Both the position numbers and the translations under genes were made by a program. The notes under the pieces are model-generated. The model searched no databases, was not told where the DNA came from, and was given only the letters and a program-made list of their open reading frames with translations. From Marsupella aquatica (Eukaryota > Plantae > Marchantiophyta), in NCBI GenBank assembly GCA_973895155.1, contig OZ316893.1:14166645-14230644 (forward strand): 64,000 bases of DNA, in the 5' to 3' direction. This document shows, piece by piece, positions 1 to 13,385 of the stretch. How positions within the stretch are numbered: position 1 is the stretch's first letter; the number at the start of each line of letters is the position of its first letter.

Positions 1-2938
1 GTAAAGAACAAGATGGGGTTGGTTTGATAGATTTAAACAATAATAAAGAACTAAAAATGTTTTTTCACACATAGTAATCAAGTTTGATTCTTTAATGAGG
101 TATTTTGAAGATCGCTCCACAGCGGTGAGTAGTTTTCAATGATAACTCAGCATCAGGTAACCATAAATTAATGAAAAGGGAATGATTAACAAAACACAAG
201 AGAAAATAATCTCAAAGTACGCTAAGGGAGTCTGGAATAGACCAAGGTTACTCCTTAGATATAAGTCAAAATGAAAAGTCTTAAGGATTCAAATCCATAT
301 TGCTTTTCAGGTCTAAAATGCTTACTAGAGTACCTTTTTAAAATGTCGTCAACATGTCTTATCCTTTCTTTCTAAGTGGTACTCAGACAAGATCTAAAAG
401 AGTGACTACTTCAACATTTAGATGGTACTAAGCAACATGAAAGAAAATCCATCAATTTCAATAAGACTTAAACTCAATGAGTTAACTTTAAGAACTCAAG
501 AGATTGCAATGAGTCACCAAAGAGGAATCTGTCATCACATCTCATAAGATTTACACAATTGGAATTTTACTTCCCATGATTTATTCGAAGGATTAAACCA
601 CAAGGAGGAAAGTTTTCCCCTGGTGTCAAGCTTGATCTCGAACTCTTAACATTCATGATCAACTGGCAGAACACCAAGAAAAGGCAAAAATTGCTAAACT
701 TTACCATCATCTACACTAGTGGTAGAGCTATCTTGTAGTCAAAATCTACAAAGTGAGAGGTCACAGGGTCGAAGAGACATGCCTCTTCATACCCTTCAAA
801 AAGTTAAAATGATGATTCAGTAAGTGAAAAGCCGAAAATCTGGCTAAGTATGAACTCGTAAACTAGTAAAAGTTGTGAACTAGTAAACTCTTAAACTCGT
901 AAAAGTCTAACTAAGTTGTAACTCGTAATTGCAACAGAAGTAAAAATTTGGCAAATTCAACTATTTTTAACTTCTTACTCGTAGCTCAAAAAAGCCTCAA
1001 ATTTTGCCAGAAGGCTTTCCTAAGTACAGACTACATGCTAAAGAAGTATGACAGCTTTTAAAGCTCTAGAACATATTTCTAAAAATTGGACAAGATGCAC
1101 TACTCTAAACGAACTAGAAACACTTAGGACTTCTGCCTTAGTCTCGGTGTTGAATGTCGTTGATTTCGAGAAGTTCCACAAAAGCGACAGTGCCTGATTG
1201 GACAACCTCCATGAGCTCAGCCTGTCGTGGTGAACCTCGAGAATAGGGCAAACATCTCAGTTGTCTATCTGGATACATCACAGGCATTCTCCTCATCAAA
1301 TAACAAGAGTCTATTCGGAGTGCTTCCCTATAAATTCCAATCACATCATAGTTATTACAGGTAGCAGCATATACTTGGGGATAATGGTATAGGAAGTCAT
1401 CAGAGTTCAGCATCCTGGAATAGAAAGGGTGAAGCCTCCATTGGACATCTCTGAAATATCGGTTGAAGCTGGCCAGAGTTTGAGAGGTAAGGTGGAAGAG
1501 AAGTCAGTAATGAGCGCCTATGTCTTGCATTCCTTCCCTTTCAAGGTGAGCTCTTCATCCGTTGTGGAGTCCCGTTGAACTAGTCGTAAGATGTCACGAT
1601 CACAGGGTCGCCAACTCTTAAGGCGTAACTCGTAAACTTGTAAAGCAGTGAACTAGTAAACTCGTAAACTAAGTTTACTCGTAACTTAGGAACTTAGTAA
1701 CTTTGAATGTTGTTTCAGTTACAGTTAGCAATAATTGCAGTCTAAACACCGTAAAAAATTTAAAAATTTTCAGTTTCTTCATGCTTTTGGAATTACCCAC
1801 TACTTACAAGGTGAGTAATCGACATTCTTCACTTTAGGGTCTTTTGTTTTTTGGTTTTAAGGTGGTCTAAGGGGCCTTGTGTGTGTATACACACACCCGA
1901 CCCTTGCCCTACCCTCCCTCTCCCGCCTACCCCCTCCCGCCTTTCGTGTACAAGCTACCGCGGCTGCCGCACGCAACGTCAGCCGACGGGTTCCTCGCCG
2001 CCCCGCCCCGCACCGGCTGCCGTCACTACGCCTTCCCCGCCATTTGGTCCAACACTCCCCCTTGGTACCGTGCTGCCCGACCCTCGCGAACCTTGGCCCG
2101 ACCCTCCAAGGGCCAAGGTTCGCGACTGCTTTCGCAGTTGCCGGCAGCACGGTACCAAGGGGGAGCGTGGTGACGGGCAAGTCATGGTTTGGGCAACGGC
2201 GGCAGCTTTTTGCAGTTCTCCCACATCATCTCGGCGGTTTCACCTGTCTCCCACATGTTTCTTCGACCATACAAGGGTGGTCTCCCGCATGGTCCAACAG
2301 TCACCAAAAAAACCTATACAAGCAAACCTAATGACTACCAAGCGATCGGTCAAATTTTGAATCCGAAGACATAATGCATATTGTCTTCAAATCACAGTTT
2401 TGACAACCGCAGTTGCTTTTCATGGTTCCATGGTTTCTCGGTTGACCATGCAGGGTCAACCACATGGTCCAACCGTGCAGTTTTCCTGGAGTTACAATAC
2501 ATAGTAGGCGTCACACAAGGACAAGTGTAGACACCACACAAGAACAAGTGTACTAGTCATTAAGAGGCGTCCTACTTGGTAAAAAAAGGTTACCTAGGGG
2601 CTCATCAGGTAAGAAAGGTTCACCAGGGGCCATCAAGCATATATCTCTTCCAACCTATCTATCTATTGGTTTCAGTCCAAATAGTATTCAAATATGGTAT
2701 ACTAGTTTCATTTGGCTGCTGTTTTGGGACCTTAGTATTACCATATTGCAAGAGTAGATAGGATTCTTTGCACTATTTACTTGAATTTTGCTTGGAAGTC
2801 TTGGAAGTTCCACTTAACGCCCCCCTACATCTGGTTGCACTCCAATCCTTTACTGAAATCAAATTTGTGTGACGAGTTATGTATCGATTCACTGTGACTG
2901 ACCAACCATTAGCGCCACTCTGGGGTTTCATAAGCACA
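1..2938 (-). mobile_element. Probable long LTR or LTR-like segment of a Ty3/gypsy element, running off the window start
   Basis: The minus strand starts TGTG at 2938. It has a GC-rich palindromic block (1900-2230), a TATA-centred palindrome (1879-1896) followed by ACCCTAA and a GTAAGT donor, and AACT(C/A)GTAAA repeats at about 850-930 and 1620-1700. The layout resembles the LTR-like segment at 21734-25338. No partner LTR or PBS is in the window. Confidence 0.4.
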
Positions 2939-3652
2939 TAATTATGTCACTTGATTGACGATTTTGAATTTCATGACGACCTTTTTCCACTGCTTTTGGA
3001 GTTTCCCTCTTCCCACTTTCCTTTCTCTCCTGACAACTGGCAGATCTCTCTTCTAGCTTAGTCAATACACGACTATTACTGCAACTTCATCGAGGTTAAC
3101 GGTAGCCCAGGGCCTCCCGTGCTCAGCAATGTGCTCTCCCCCTGACAGTACCTAAACTGTCAGTACTTCTTTGGGCTTGTGGACCCACAAATCTCGTCTG
3201 ACATTGAGATCAGTAGAACTATCAGGACCTCACGCATTGAGCAATAACAGCTATAGGCAATTCCCCAGCAATTCATGAATTTTATCACTAACATGCTCCC
3301 CACGGCAGTTTACCAGTCTCAAGGATCACAGCAGTCAGAGAATAACAAGACCAAGACAGATTTGTCAGTCAGATCCCCACGCAAGGTATCAGAAAAGAAG
3401 GGCGAAATGAAAAACTGATTTCCGGACGAAGGGAAACTTTTAATAAGGTTAACACAATTGACACTCACCTGAGCTCAAATTCGCAGAATTCCAAGTGGTG
3501 TAAATGGTCGTGGATATATCATGAATCGTGAATTACAGAGCTTGTGATTGACATCGCGCGTCAAAGAATTAGAGGACCAAAATGTACAGCCTATTGTTAA
3601 GTACAAGTTTTGGTGCCGGATGCTTTAACATTTTGAGGGAGATATTATTGCA

Positions 3653-6600
3653 TCACATAACCTTTTGAATGATCTTTAGCAGCTGCTTGATTTCAAATGG
3701 TTTCCCGAGGTAAGCATCCATCCCATGTGACAAACAGGTGTCTTGGTAGCCCGAGATTGCATGTGCTGTCAGACCAAGAATAGGTATCCTCGACCAACCT
3801 TGTTCAACTTCCACTTCGCGGATCTTCTGGGTCGCTTGTAGTCCATCCATCATAGGCATCTGCAATGAAACAAAAACCCATCAATATAGGCTACGCACGA
3901 ACTAGACCTTCTCGCTCAGATCTCAAGCTTCTAAACTTAGAAACTCCAAATTTTGAGACATGCTAGGAGACACAAAACCACATAATTCTCAGGAATGCTA
4001 ATATCTGACGAATCATGACAAGGACGCCATCCGTTATCATCTCTCCAACATTTGGTCACAGATGGCCCCTCCCAACTCAGTAACTTACTTTTCAAACTTC
4101 AGTTAACAGGAAGCAGACTGATGGGACGACTTAATTTAACTAGATCAACATCGAAGGCCTTGGTTAGATCCAGGACTACAGTGCGCTATATTTTTGGAGA
4201 TATTAGACTTGGTCTGCTATCTGGTTTTAAACAAAAGGTTAAATGGGTTGTCTTCTCCATATTTCAACTTCACACTAATATTCATGGAGTTGTTTGTTCA
4301 ATATAAGAAATTCATAGATATCATTGATCCAGGACGTTAGATGTTTCAGAAGCTATCCTCAGTATTCAGATTGAAATCAAAATAGCAATCTGTTCACTAG
4401 TGCCCAGCTTTTTTGCCAACCAATATGCTTGTCTTGTAGACCCGACAATTCCAACATACTCTACTTGCGTTTTCTTACCACTGCTCATCTCATCAACATT
4501 TGTGTCCTACCAATCCGTACTGTGCTTCCCCTCTCCTCAGTTTTTTCAGATTAATATGTGTCCATTCCGTTGGATTCGTTCACAGTAGTCAAGGAATTAG
4601 TTTGAAGAAGTAGCTGGGGGAGGAAAGTCATCCTCATTCATTCATAGACAAACGAGATTTACAGGGATTGTGATCACAACACACCAAATGTCAGTCACAT
4701 AGTTATTGTACACAAAGAAAACAAGGGTGATTTAAAGAGCACGCCAAGAGGTGCAAGCTTACTTGAATATCCATCAAGACAAGGTCAAATGTGTCATGAT
4801 GTTGTTGTATTGCGTTCAGTGCCTGGAGGCCGTCTCCGACTATTGTGACAGTATGTCCATATTTCTGAAGCTGTCGCGTTGCAACTTTCTGATTGATCAT
4901 GTTGTCCTCGGCAAGTAGCACATGTAGGCTCGTTTTTCGAGGGAGCAATGTTTGCAGCTGTTGTCCCTGTATGGGAAGATCTCTGACAGCATCCGAGGCC
5001 TCATCGTGTATGGGTTCTCCAGAGATTACCCCAGATGACGCAGAGTCGCCTGACTGAGCACTCCTAGTAGCTTCACTGCTGGAATCCATGCTAGTAGGCA
5101 TTGCCCTCTTGTCAAGAATCCCTAACTCTAAGTCAGGGTAACTGGTATCCTGTGTCTTGGTGAAACTTTTGGGAGCTGCTGATGAACTTTCGACGTATCT
5201 AGCGCCTGAATGATCTATTAAACTACTCTCAGACTGTAATGGCTGGGAGGTATACTCTTTTCCTACGTCTAAATCATCTAAACCTACGACTGTTTGAGGC
5301 AGACTCCGTTTTACATTTGCAGAATTCCGACTCCTCAATTCATTCTCTCCTTTGAGAACCGTTGGAGACTCGGAGTGCTTTCTATCAGGACTCCTTATCA
5401 AATTCTCAATCTCATAACTTGGTCCTGGCTTCGCAGCATTTCCAAGGCTCTCGCTTATCATACAGCCTATTCTTCTATCGGCCTCGGAAAAGGCTTTTGG
5501 TGGCGACCGCGTCAAATTGGCGTCCTCCGAAATAATTTTATCGAGTCTATTTCTATCGGTTTGAAGAAGAGGTTCTACATCACCAGACTGAGTTGACGTA
5601 AACTTCAAGTTTTTCATAAGCGTGTTGAGAGAATGCGCTCTCCTGCCTTTACCTGATCACATTCCCAGCATCCAAACAAACCATTTTAAGAGCCGTATTT
5701 TCTCCGTTCGATAAACACACTTTGCAGAAGTTGCGAGTCGAAAGGAAGCAAAGTCTTGTATATTATGAAAAAGCTTAAAATGCGAATGATAGAGCCCAGC
5801 ATGGTCAGCGGCATAAAACCAACCTATCGTGGGCTGTGGGGGTGTGCTCCTTTTCAACCTCGGAGGCTTGTCAATGAAAGTCATCAATGGGTGGAAAACT
5901 GCGACAGAAGCGTGAGCGCTCCTACTCAGACTGCCTTTCCCGACCTCGCTGCTGTCCACGCGACAAAATGGGACAACGAAAGAAAACATGCTACCTTTCC
6001 CAACCTCACTTTCGACCCATATTTTTCCGCCCAAGAGCTCTACAAATCTGCAATGACCATCACATGCAGTTTTGACGAGATCAGCATTTCGCGTTAGAAC
6101 AAAAGACATCAACCACCTCGCAATCATAAAACGCATCCAACCAGGCTCAGTAGTAGTACCTTTGAACAATAGAAAGGCCCAGTCCAGTACCACCGTAGAG
6201 ACGAGATGTGGATGGATCAGCCTGAGTGAACGGATTAAACATGTCACGAACAATTTCTTTACTTAAACCGATTCCTGTATCGCGAATTTCAAAGAGGACA
6301 TATTCTCTGTCTTTCTGCTCCACGCCCCGCGCCTCTGTAATTTGCTGCTCCAGGACCCCGGACACTGTATCTGATTTGTAACTGGAGCGCTTGGAGGAAG
6401 AATAGCTGTCAGTTAGCTGTGTGTCGAACATGTTGATGTCATTTGCTGTCACACTGTCTTCAACAGTCTCCGCTTTGACAACCGAACTTGGCCAACTGGC
6501 CCAACTTCGGAGCCTCGCCGGGAAAGAGGGTGATTTTTTAGGTGACTTTGGAAGTAATTCCTTTCTCACACTCAAAACGTGAGAAAACGAAGAGTCAAAG

Positions 6601-9214
6601 CCGGCATGAAGACTGATGTGTACCTTTACAGATCCTTCGTGAGTGAACTTCAAGGCATTCCCAACTGCATGAAGACAGACGTTCAATTTCCATCCACATT
6701 ACTGACGGAGTAATTTATTTCCAGATTGGTTCACTATTAACACGAACTACACATCACTTTCTATGCTTTCGTCTATATGTTCCTAAACTGGGATTTCAGG
6801 AATCGCAACTACAGCCACAAGCAAAAACTTGCAAAACCCTAAGATCGGAATACGCTTTTGCTTCCATGCACTCGTTTGCAAGAATTTCTCACCGAGATTG
6901 AGTAAGCATTGTTGTAATTTTCCGGGATCCCCAGCAATCAGAGTAGGGACATCAACGTCCACCTTCCACAGTAACTGAAGCCCACGTTCTTTAGCACGTA
7001 CTTGCAACATTCGCAGAGTACCGCTCACCACCTTACGTATGCTGAATGGGACATTCTCTACGTCGAGGCGGCCAGCCTCAATCTTTGCTAAGTCCAGAAT
7101 ACTATTGATGATGTGGAGAAGCAGATCTGCACAGTCCTTTATTGACAGTAAGTTCTCCAACTGATCTGCTGATAGCTCAGTTTGGAGTAGCAGAGCTGTT
7201 AATCCTAAAATACCATGAATCGGAGTTCTGCAGCATTACCCACCAAAACAATCCCCACATCAGAAATAGGGTAACGATCGTAAAGCATGGCAATCGTCCC
7301 CATGGATTCGATGGAAAGAGCGGAAATGAAGTGGAAGTAAAGGACAGCAACAGTCCGGAAGCAACAAATCTGAGGAAATTGGCAACACTCCCTCCAACTC
7401 TTCTGATCGGAGAAAGCTCGAAAACACCATTTCAATCACAATGCAATAGTCACGAAAAGTGGAGAGTACACTACGATGAGGAGTCTCACTCTACGTCGAT
7501 TGGCAACCGAAAGACAGTACTAATGGAAAAATTCGATTACCCCAACGAACCCCTCCCTGACCCCATCCACTTTTGGATAGCTTGTCTATGGCTTCTGAAG
7601 GTTCACTTTCTACTGTGCCAATATTGTACTCTGTCCCATGCCCATTGGTCTGGCATCCTTGACTATGAATCTAAACTTTCAAAAGGCCTGATCGGCTCCT
7701 CCATCGCCAGCACCAACGCCACGAATGCCGCGACAACCATCTTTCGAGGGTAACTATAGAAGTAGGTAAGAAGCCAAATGCACGTTATTGTGAGCCACCA
7801 CTCTTGAAAAGAATGCAACCCTGACTTGTTAATTTGCTAAGTTAGTGGGTGCTGGAAAGAAATCAGCAAACCTTATTTCATGACTCATGTTTGCTAGAAA
7901 ATCCGACTTCGCAAGGTTTGCCTTCTCCGCGTGTGCCTGTGAAATTTGCAACTCCTTGTTCGCCTTGATAAGCTCCTGAGTTCGTTTGCTCACCGCGACT
8001 TCCAGTCTCTGATTCAAATTATGAAGATCCTTGGCCAGTTGCTTTTTTTCTCTCACCGCACCAGCGAGCGATATGGATACCAGTCCGATGACGGACATGT
8101 AAAGCTCAATTTGCAAAATGAGCTTGGGCGACGACTGCTCCGAGCTCCCGGACGTGTAATACAGCGCACTAGACTTGTAATGCAAAGTTCCCCATGACCC
8201 GAAGAACGCGACTGCAGCAACCACTAGCGTCCAGCCAAACCGATTGAAACGGAAGACTGAGAATATCAAGAGGGGGTAGAGCAAGTAGGGAAGGGGACGG
8301 ATAACAGTAGTGAATGGGAGGGAGAAGATCACGAGTCCCAGCACGACAACCGTGCTGAGCACAAGTAGCAAGCATTCGAGGACCTTCCTCGGCCTGAAAA
8401 GACGAGAGGATCGGGGCATGTAAGCAAAGGCATGGATCAGCGCCGGAGCTACGGTGAGAAGGGCAGCAAACACGCCCAGCCACCTCGTGCTCCACAACCG
8501 AGCAAAGGCAGACCATTCAATGAGCTCCGTCGTGCACTCCAGAACTGCAATTAAAGTCTCGAATCCGCACGAGACCAAGAAAGTGATCGCAACATATTGA
8601 ACAGCCTCGTGAACTGAGTCAATGGTGGGCACATTTTTCCTTGCTGTGCGACATAGTTTCCGTCTCAAAAAGTCAGCTGCAATCTGCACCTCCAGCATTT
8701 CGAATAAACTTACGATCGCGAGATAGAGGAGCTGAACATCCAGCACATGTTCTCCATTGCGAGCTGAAAAGTAGATCTCCCCGGCAGTAAAAGCTGCGAA
8801 ATTCGGCAGAGCTGCAGATCCTCGCCATTTGCAAGCGAAGGAGAGTCCAACAGCAATACCGACTTGGATGGGGAAGATGGTGGTGCTGTGGCGACGATTC
8901 CGAACGGCCGTCGTCGAGGCCTCGAAGATGAGAATCTCAGCCGCGAACACTCCTAAAAAAATTATCATACTAATCCAAAGCAAGGACGCCATCGGACGTT
9001 CGGCCCACAGGATATTCTTCCATTCCGAGCACCACACCCACATATGATGCCGGGAAGGTAAAACCGTTGGTCTGCATGATTCTTCGTCGTCGCTGCCGCT
9101 ACTAGTCCCCTCGTGACTGCAGGGACGACGCCCAGCGTCCTCGCCATCGCTACCATGACCATAACCACTCATTGATGTCCGATAACCACTCATTGATGTC
9201 CGTTGCTGTTCCAT
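3653..9214 (-). CDS. Hybrid sensor histidine kinase (MASE1-like multi-TM sensor, HisKA, HATPase_c, receiver)
   Basis: Exons read from GT-AG sites: 9214-7872, 7227-6893, 6664-6160, 6047-~5935 (donor uncertain), ~5652-4763 and 3859-3653. Motifs: H-box [10 protein letters not shown]|TPIHGILG, N-box LLNL|VGNALKFT, G1 DTGIG, F-box FNPFTQAD and G2 YGGTGLGL. The receiver reads VLLAEDN...LVLMDIQ|MPMMDG...LTA...KP. The N-terminus has many hydrophobic segments with MASE1-like motifs ([17 protein letters not shown]; [15 protein letters not shown]). Confidence 0.92.
9161..9202. repeat. 21-bp in-frame tandem duplication in the kinase N-terminus (RTSMSGY x2)
   Basis: ATAACCACTCATTGATGTCCG occurs at 9161-9181 and 9182-9202. 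Confidence 0.9.
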
Positions 9215-10816
9215 TGGTGAAGGAGTTTCAGTTTCATAAGCTACAATCTATGTGAGGTGACGTTATGTCCAGAGGCATGAAATGCCGTAGTCCTTCACGG
9301 TATGAATGGCGTAAAGACGTCGTTCCCGGCTCCTTCCTTGCAACCTGTATTGCTCTACAGCTAATCATCGCGCTTGACATCTTTACAATTGCAATTCCGA
9401 GTATCAGTTCATGCAATATCCACTCGGTCGCTCACAACTCCACTCGTGACCACTCACTTTACCTCTAGGCCGTCTGTTGTCAACTCACTTTGCTCAACGG
9501 CATGCCCGTCTAGTGCGATTATCTCAGCTACACATCGCTCCTCCATTTCACCGTACTTTTGAAAGTCTTCTCTGGACCCACAATCTCACACTTCACTGGA
9601 AATTGCATCCGGTTGCTGAAAACATCCAGGCCACCCTCGGTCATTCTTCACATCCCACTCTTGTGCACTTGTAAAAGCCAAACCTTTCAATTCAGCTACT
9701 CTCGTGCTCCCATCTTGCCCTTGGTACCCTTTCGGACTCCTTCAATGAATCTACGGGACCCACCGACTTCAGAAATCTGATGGAGATTGGAGTAGTTCGC
9801 TTTTACAACCCCCGGATATACGTTACTCCTCCCCCAAATTGATTCGTGTGGCTGCTCCCCGACGAATGATTTATCTGTCCACCGTACCGGCCCGTCGGAA
9901 AACCAAATTTCTCTCCATTGCATTCAGCGATGATCATCCATGAAATTTACCCCTCCGTCATTCAATCAATCAGCTCTCTCCCTCGCACATGACCTCAGTT
10001 CCCACCTGTACAATCAATCTCTAGAGCAAGCAATCTCACCTTAGTATTCCAGCCTCCAAATTCCTCCAGCGCCTGGCTCCCTCGGGACCCGTTGCAACCT
10101 CCTCGAGTTCTCATGCGCCTGATCTACTCCCTTGCGCTCCTGCCCACCTCGACTGTGTCGGCCTTGTTGCTATGGTCTAGTCAACAAAAATCCAATCGCG
10201 CTACTGCCGCCGCATCAGTCTGCTCGCCCCACTCGCCCTGCAGTCGTCATCAGCCGACCGGTATCTCATCATTCGGCAATCTCCCCGATCCTATCTCGTC
10301 GAGCTACAAGCCATCAGCCTACACAACTCACTCCACTTGCTCATGAACGGCAAAGCTTTCACACGAGTAAGCATCCGCGTTCTCTCCAGACGCAGGCAAG
10401 AGGCGGAAAAAGGAATGCGGAGCCGCAGACGGGCATGTATAGGAGGAACCCTTCAGCGTGAAGGGCGCGAGGGAGCAAAAAGGTGACCTCCATTGAGCAA
10501 TCGAACGAGAAAATGCCTTGATTCCCAAACCCCAGCCCAGCCACCTACTAAGAACCGAACCCGGCCAGATTGACGATCACCCAAGCCCACCATAACAGTA
10601 GCGATGTCGTGGATCGGATCTGCCGAGAAAAAAAGAAGAATCCGATCAGAGTCGAGCAAAGTCATCAGTGATGACCAGAGCACAGCAGAGCAGACAAGAA
10701 TTGCACAGGCCCGACAGCAGAAACGCATGCGAGTAGCGTCCTGACGAGGCCCAGAGAGACCAGATCACCAGAGAGAGGGAGAGCAGCTGAACGAAGATCG
10801 AATCAAATTGGAGCTC

Positions 10817-10826
10817 CGATATAAAG
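10817..10826 (-). promoter_or_regulatory. Candidate TATA box for the histidine kinase gene
   Basis: The minus strand has TTTATATC followed about 30-60 nt later by a CT-rich tract (10750-10785), as in plant 5'UTRs. This would imply a ~1.5 kb leader that probably contains an intron. Confidence 0.3.
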
Positions 10827-13385
10827 GAAGGTCTGGTCTACTAGATCCCCGATCTTCGTCGCGGACACACGTCGGCCGTGTGCGGCTGAGCCTTATTATT
10901 ATTATTGCAACACAAGCTTCCTCCGCGTCAGCAATTGCTGGACTCCATGACTGCCTCCATGCTTCGTTGCAGGCGCCTCCTAAAGTGGCCCTAGGGGAGT
11001 ACTTTTAATTCTTTTGGACAACGCTTTGGGGAGTACGTTTTTCTTTTGCCTGGGACAACACTTTCATAGGGTACTATTGTCTTCCTCCCCCCGCCCCCCA
11101 ACCCCCCGCCCCCCAACAGAGACTCATTGAATAGTGGGGCCATGAGTCAGGGCTATTCAAATAGTGGGCCAGGTTTTGTGAATAAGGTAATTCAAATAGT
11201 GGGCCAGGTTTTGTGAATAAGATAATATCCTGGTTAGAGGATATGGTCAGATATATGGTCAGATATAATGACCTAAAAACGACGACAGTAGCCCAAGTTG
11301 TTTTGAGTGCATTATTCTCATAATGTCTGTACTCAAAAATTTGAGTGATTTTTTGGTAACACAACAAAAAATGAATCTTTGAACAGAAAATCCAAGTGAA
11401 AGGGTCATCAAAGACATGAAAGTAATTAAAAAAAAAACAACTCTTGTGATCTGTGATACAATTTATAATATTGTTTTATAAAATAACATTACATTTGGAT
11501 TTTACCTTTCCTACATTTATGATGTTTTGCATAATCCCTCCTCAAAAGAAGGGAGGGTATATGAGAAATCAATGCACTAAAAAATACAAAGTCACAATGC
11601 CAAAGGTTTCTATATTAGACTATTGACTCTTTGTCTTGGTTTTTTAATAGCCCCAGTAGTGTTACAGTTTGGGAGTTATGCCCAAATTTGGCACTGGGAA
11701 ATGAATTTAGAGTGTAAGCAAACTGATATGTGTTAGAGAGCATTGTTTGGGTTTAAGCTTCTTCTACTTCCCAGCAATATTTCATCCCTAGAAGGAATGT
11801 GTTTTCAAATCAAACACTTGAAGTATACAAGGGGAGAGCACAAAATGTAATATAAAACTAGACCATTCCAATTCCCAGTTTTATGAGGCTCAGAGTATAG
11901 TTTGGGGAAAAACTCAAACACAACACCCAAATGGAACACAGCGCCCAGGCATAGTGTTCTAGTGACGTTGTGTTCAATTTGAAAATACTTTCTCTTCTGG
12001 TGACCAAATATTTTGCATTTTCGCACAATGCCATGGCTTTGTTTTAGGGTGAAGATGGTAGCCAAATCTTCCTGAGTATTGTCAATATTTGATAAAAGTG
12101 TTCTGGAGCATAGTGAGGTGAGTATTGTCAATATTTAATAGGATTGTTGTGGAGCATAATGAAATGAGGCGATCAGGAATTAATCAGATACTGCGGTCTA
12201 CCTGGCAATTAGATTTCGATGAGTGTGCAAGCTCTGCCGAGAGTGATGTTGGGCATGTACGCAATGACAACTCTAGGCTCATCTCATGGCTCGGATAAAA
12301 TTACCTTAGACTCATTGAGGTATACAATGGTGAACCAATGATATGACATTCATACTAAGAAATTCTGCCAAATAAGATATGCTATTTCACATGCACGGTA
12401 CGTTGTACTATGAAATGGGTATTATAGGTTATCTGGGAGTACTTTTTATGGGACCCCTACATAAGTCATGCCTGATTTGGAAAAAAGACGTACTGAACCA
12501 AAAAAAAGCACCAATTTGTTGGAATAAAAAATACTTACGGAAATCAAAATAGACCAACTTTTTTTTGAAAGTTATGCAAAACTTTGTACCTTAGTTTCTT
12601 AACTGAAGTCAATGCTAAGTTGAGTCCATTTGGCTCACTAAACCGCCATACAAACCAAATGGATTGACAATTTGGCCGTTAAAAGAGTGGATTTAGTGTG
12701 TTAGGCTCTGTTCTATCTAGGCCTCTTACCATAATTCTGGTCCAATGCCTGGCCCAATCTTAGTGTAAGCAGATAGGGTCTTAGCCATGACTTCCATATG
12801 GTTACTTGAGGTATATAGTACTGGTCCACTTTTGGGACACAGCAGATTTATAACTTTAGAGAGTCTTGGCTTTAAAGCAGCTCTACAATACATTGCTTGG
12901 AGGAGTGAATTATGCAATGATCCATCAGTGCAGGCATATTAAGGCTCACAAATTTCTGGCAAATCTTTGTCTGGCCAGAAATCATGGCCTTTTAGCTTCT
13001 ATTTCTTCAAGCACACAGCACCTATATTTCAGCAATTTTACCTTTTTTGGTTCTTCCCAAACACACTCAAGGTTTTCAGTAAGTTAATGTTCTGAGCAGA
13101 CACATGAATTGTGGTCCCTAACGTCCCCTCAAATTTTGGCTAAACCCTCTAACCAGGATGTTACCATGTTCAAAAGTCCAGTGCTATGAAGCTAAGGTTA
13201 GAAAAGGTGAATGGAGATTGGCCTTGCTTGGCATTGCATGCACCTTGAGGACAGCCCCCTACAACAGTGGAAGTCCAGATTTCTTTTGAAAAGGTCCAGA
13301 TTCCTAAATACAGCTAACTCGTGCTCGTGCTATACCAACTTTTGTTTGTTCATTTGTACTCTGTTTGGTCCCTTTGTATATAAAA

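Noticed and set aside
2055-2165. Hammerhead ribozyme or retrozyme
   Set aside because: A three-way junction is present, but neither strand has the CUGANGA/GAAA/NUH core in the junction.
1851-2374. Several overlapping ORFs on both strands
   Set aside because: They result from a GC-rich palindromic block. The same peptide (PLGTVLP) appears on both strands because of the inverted repeat.
7142-7753. 203-aa plus-strand ORF
   Set aside because: It is antisense to kinase exon 2 and intron 1, lacks an ATG at the called start, and has no recognisable motif.
9234-9416. uORF upstream of the kinase
   Set aside because: The leader's splicing is unknown and I have no evidence of conservation.
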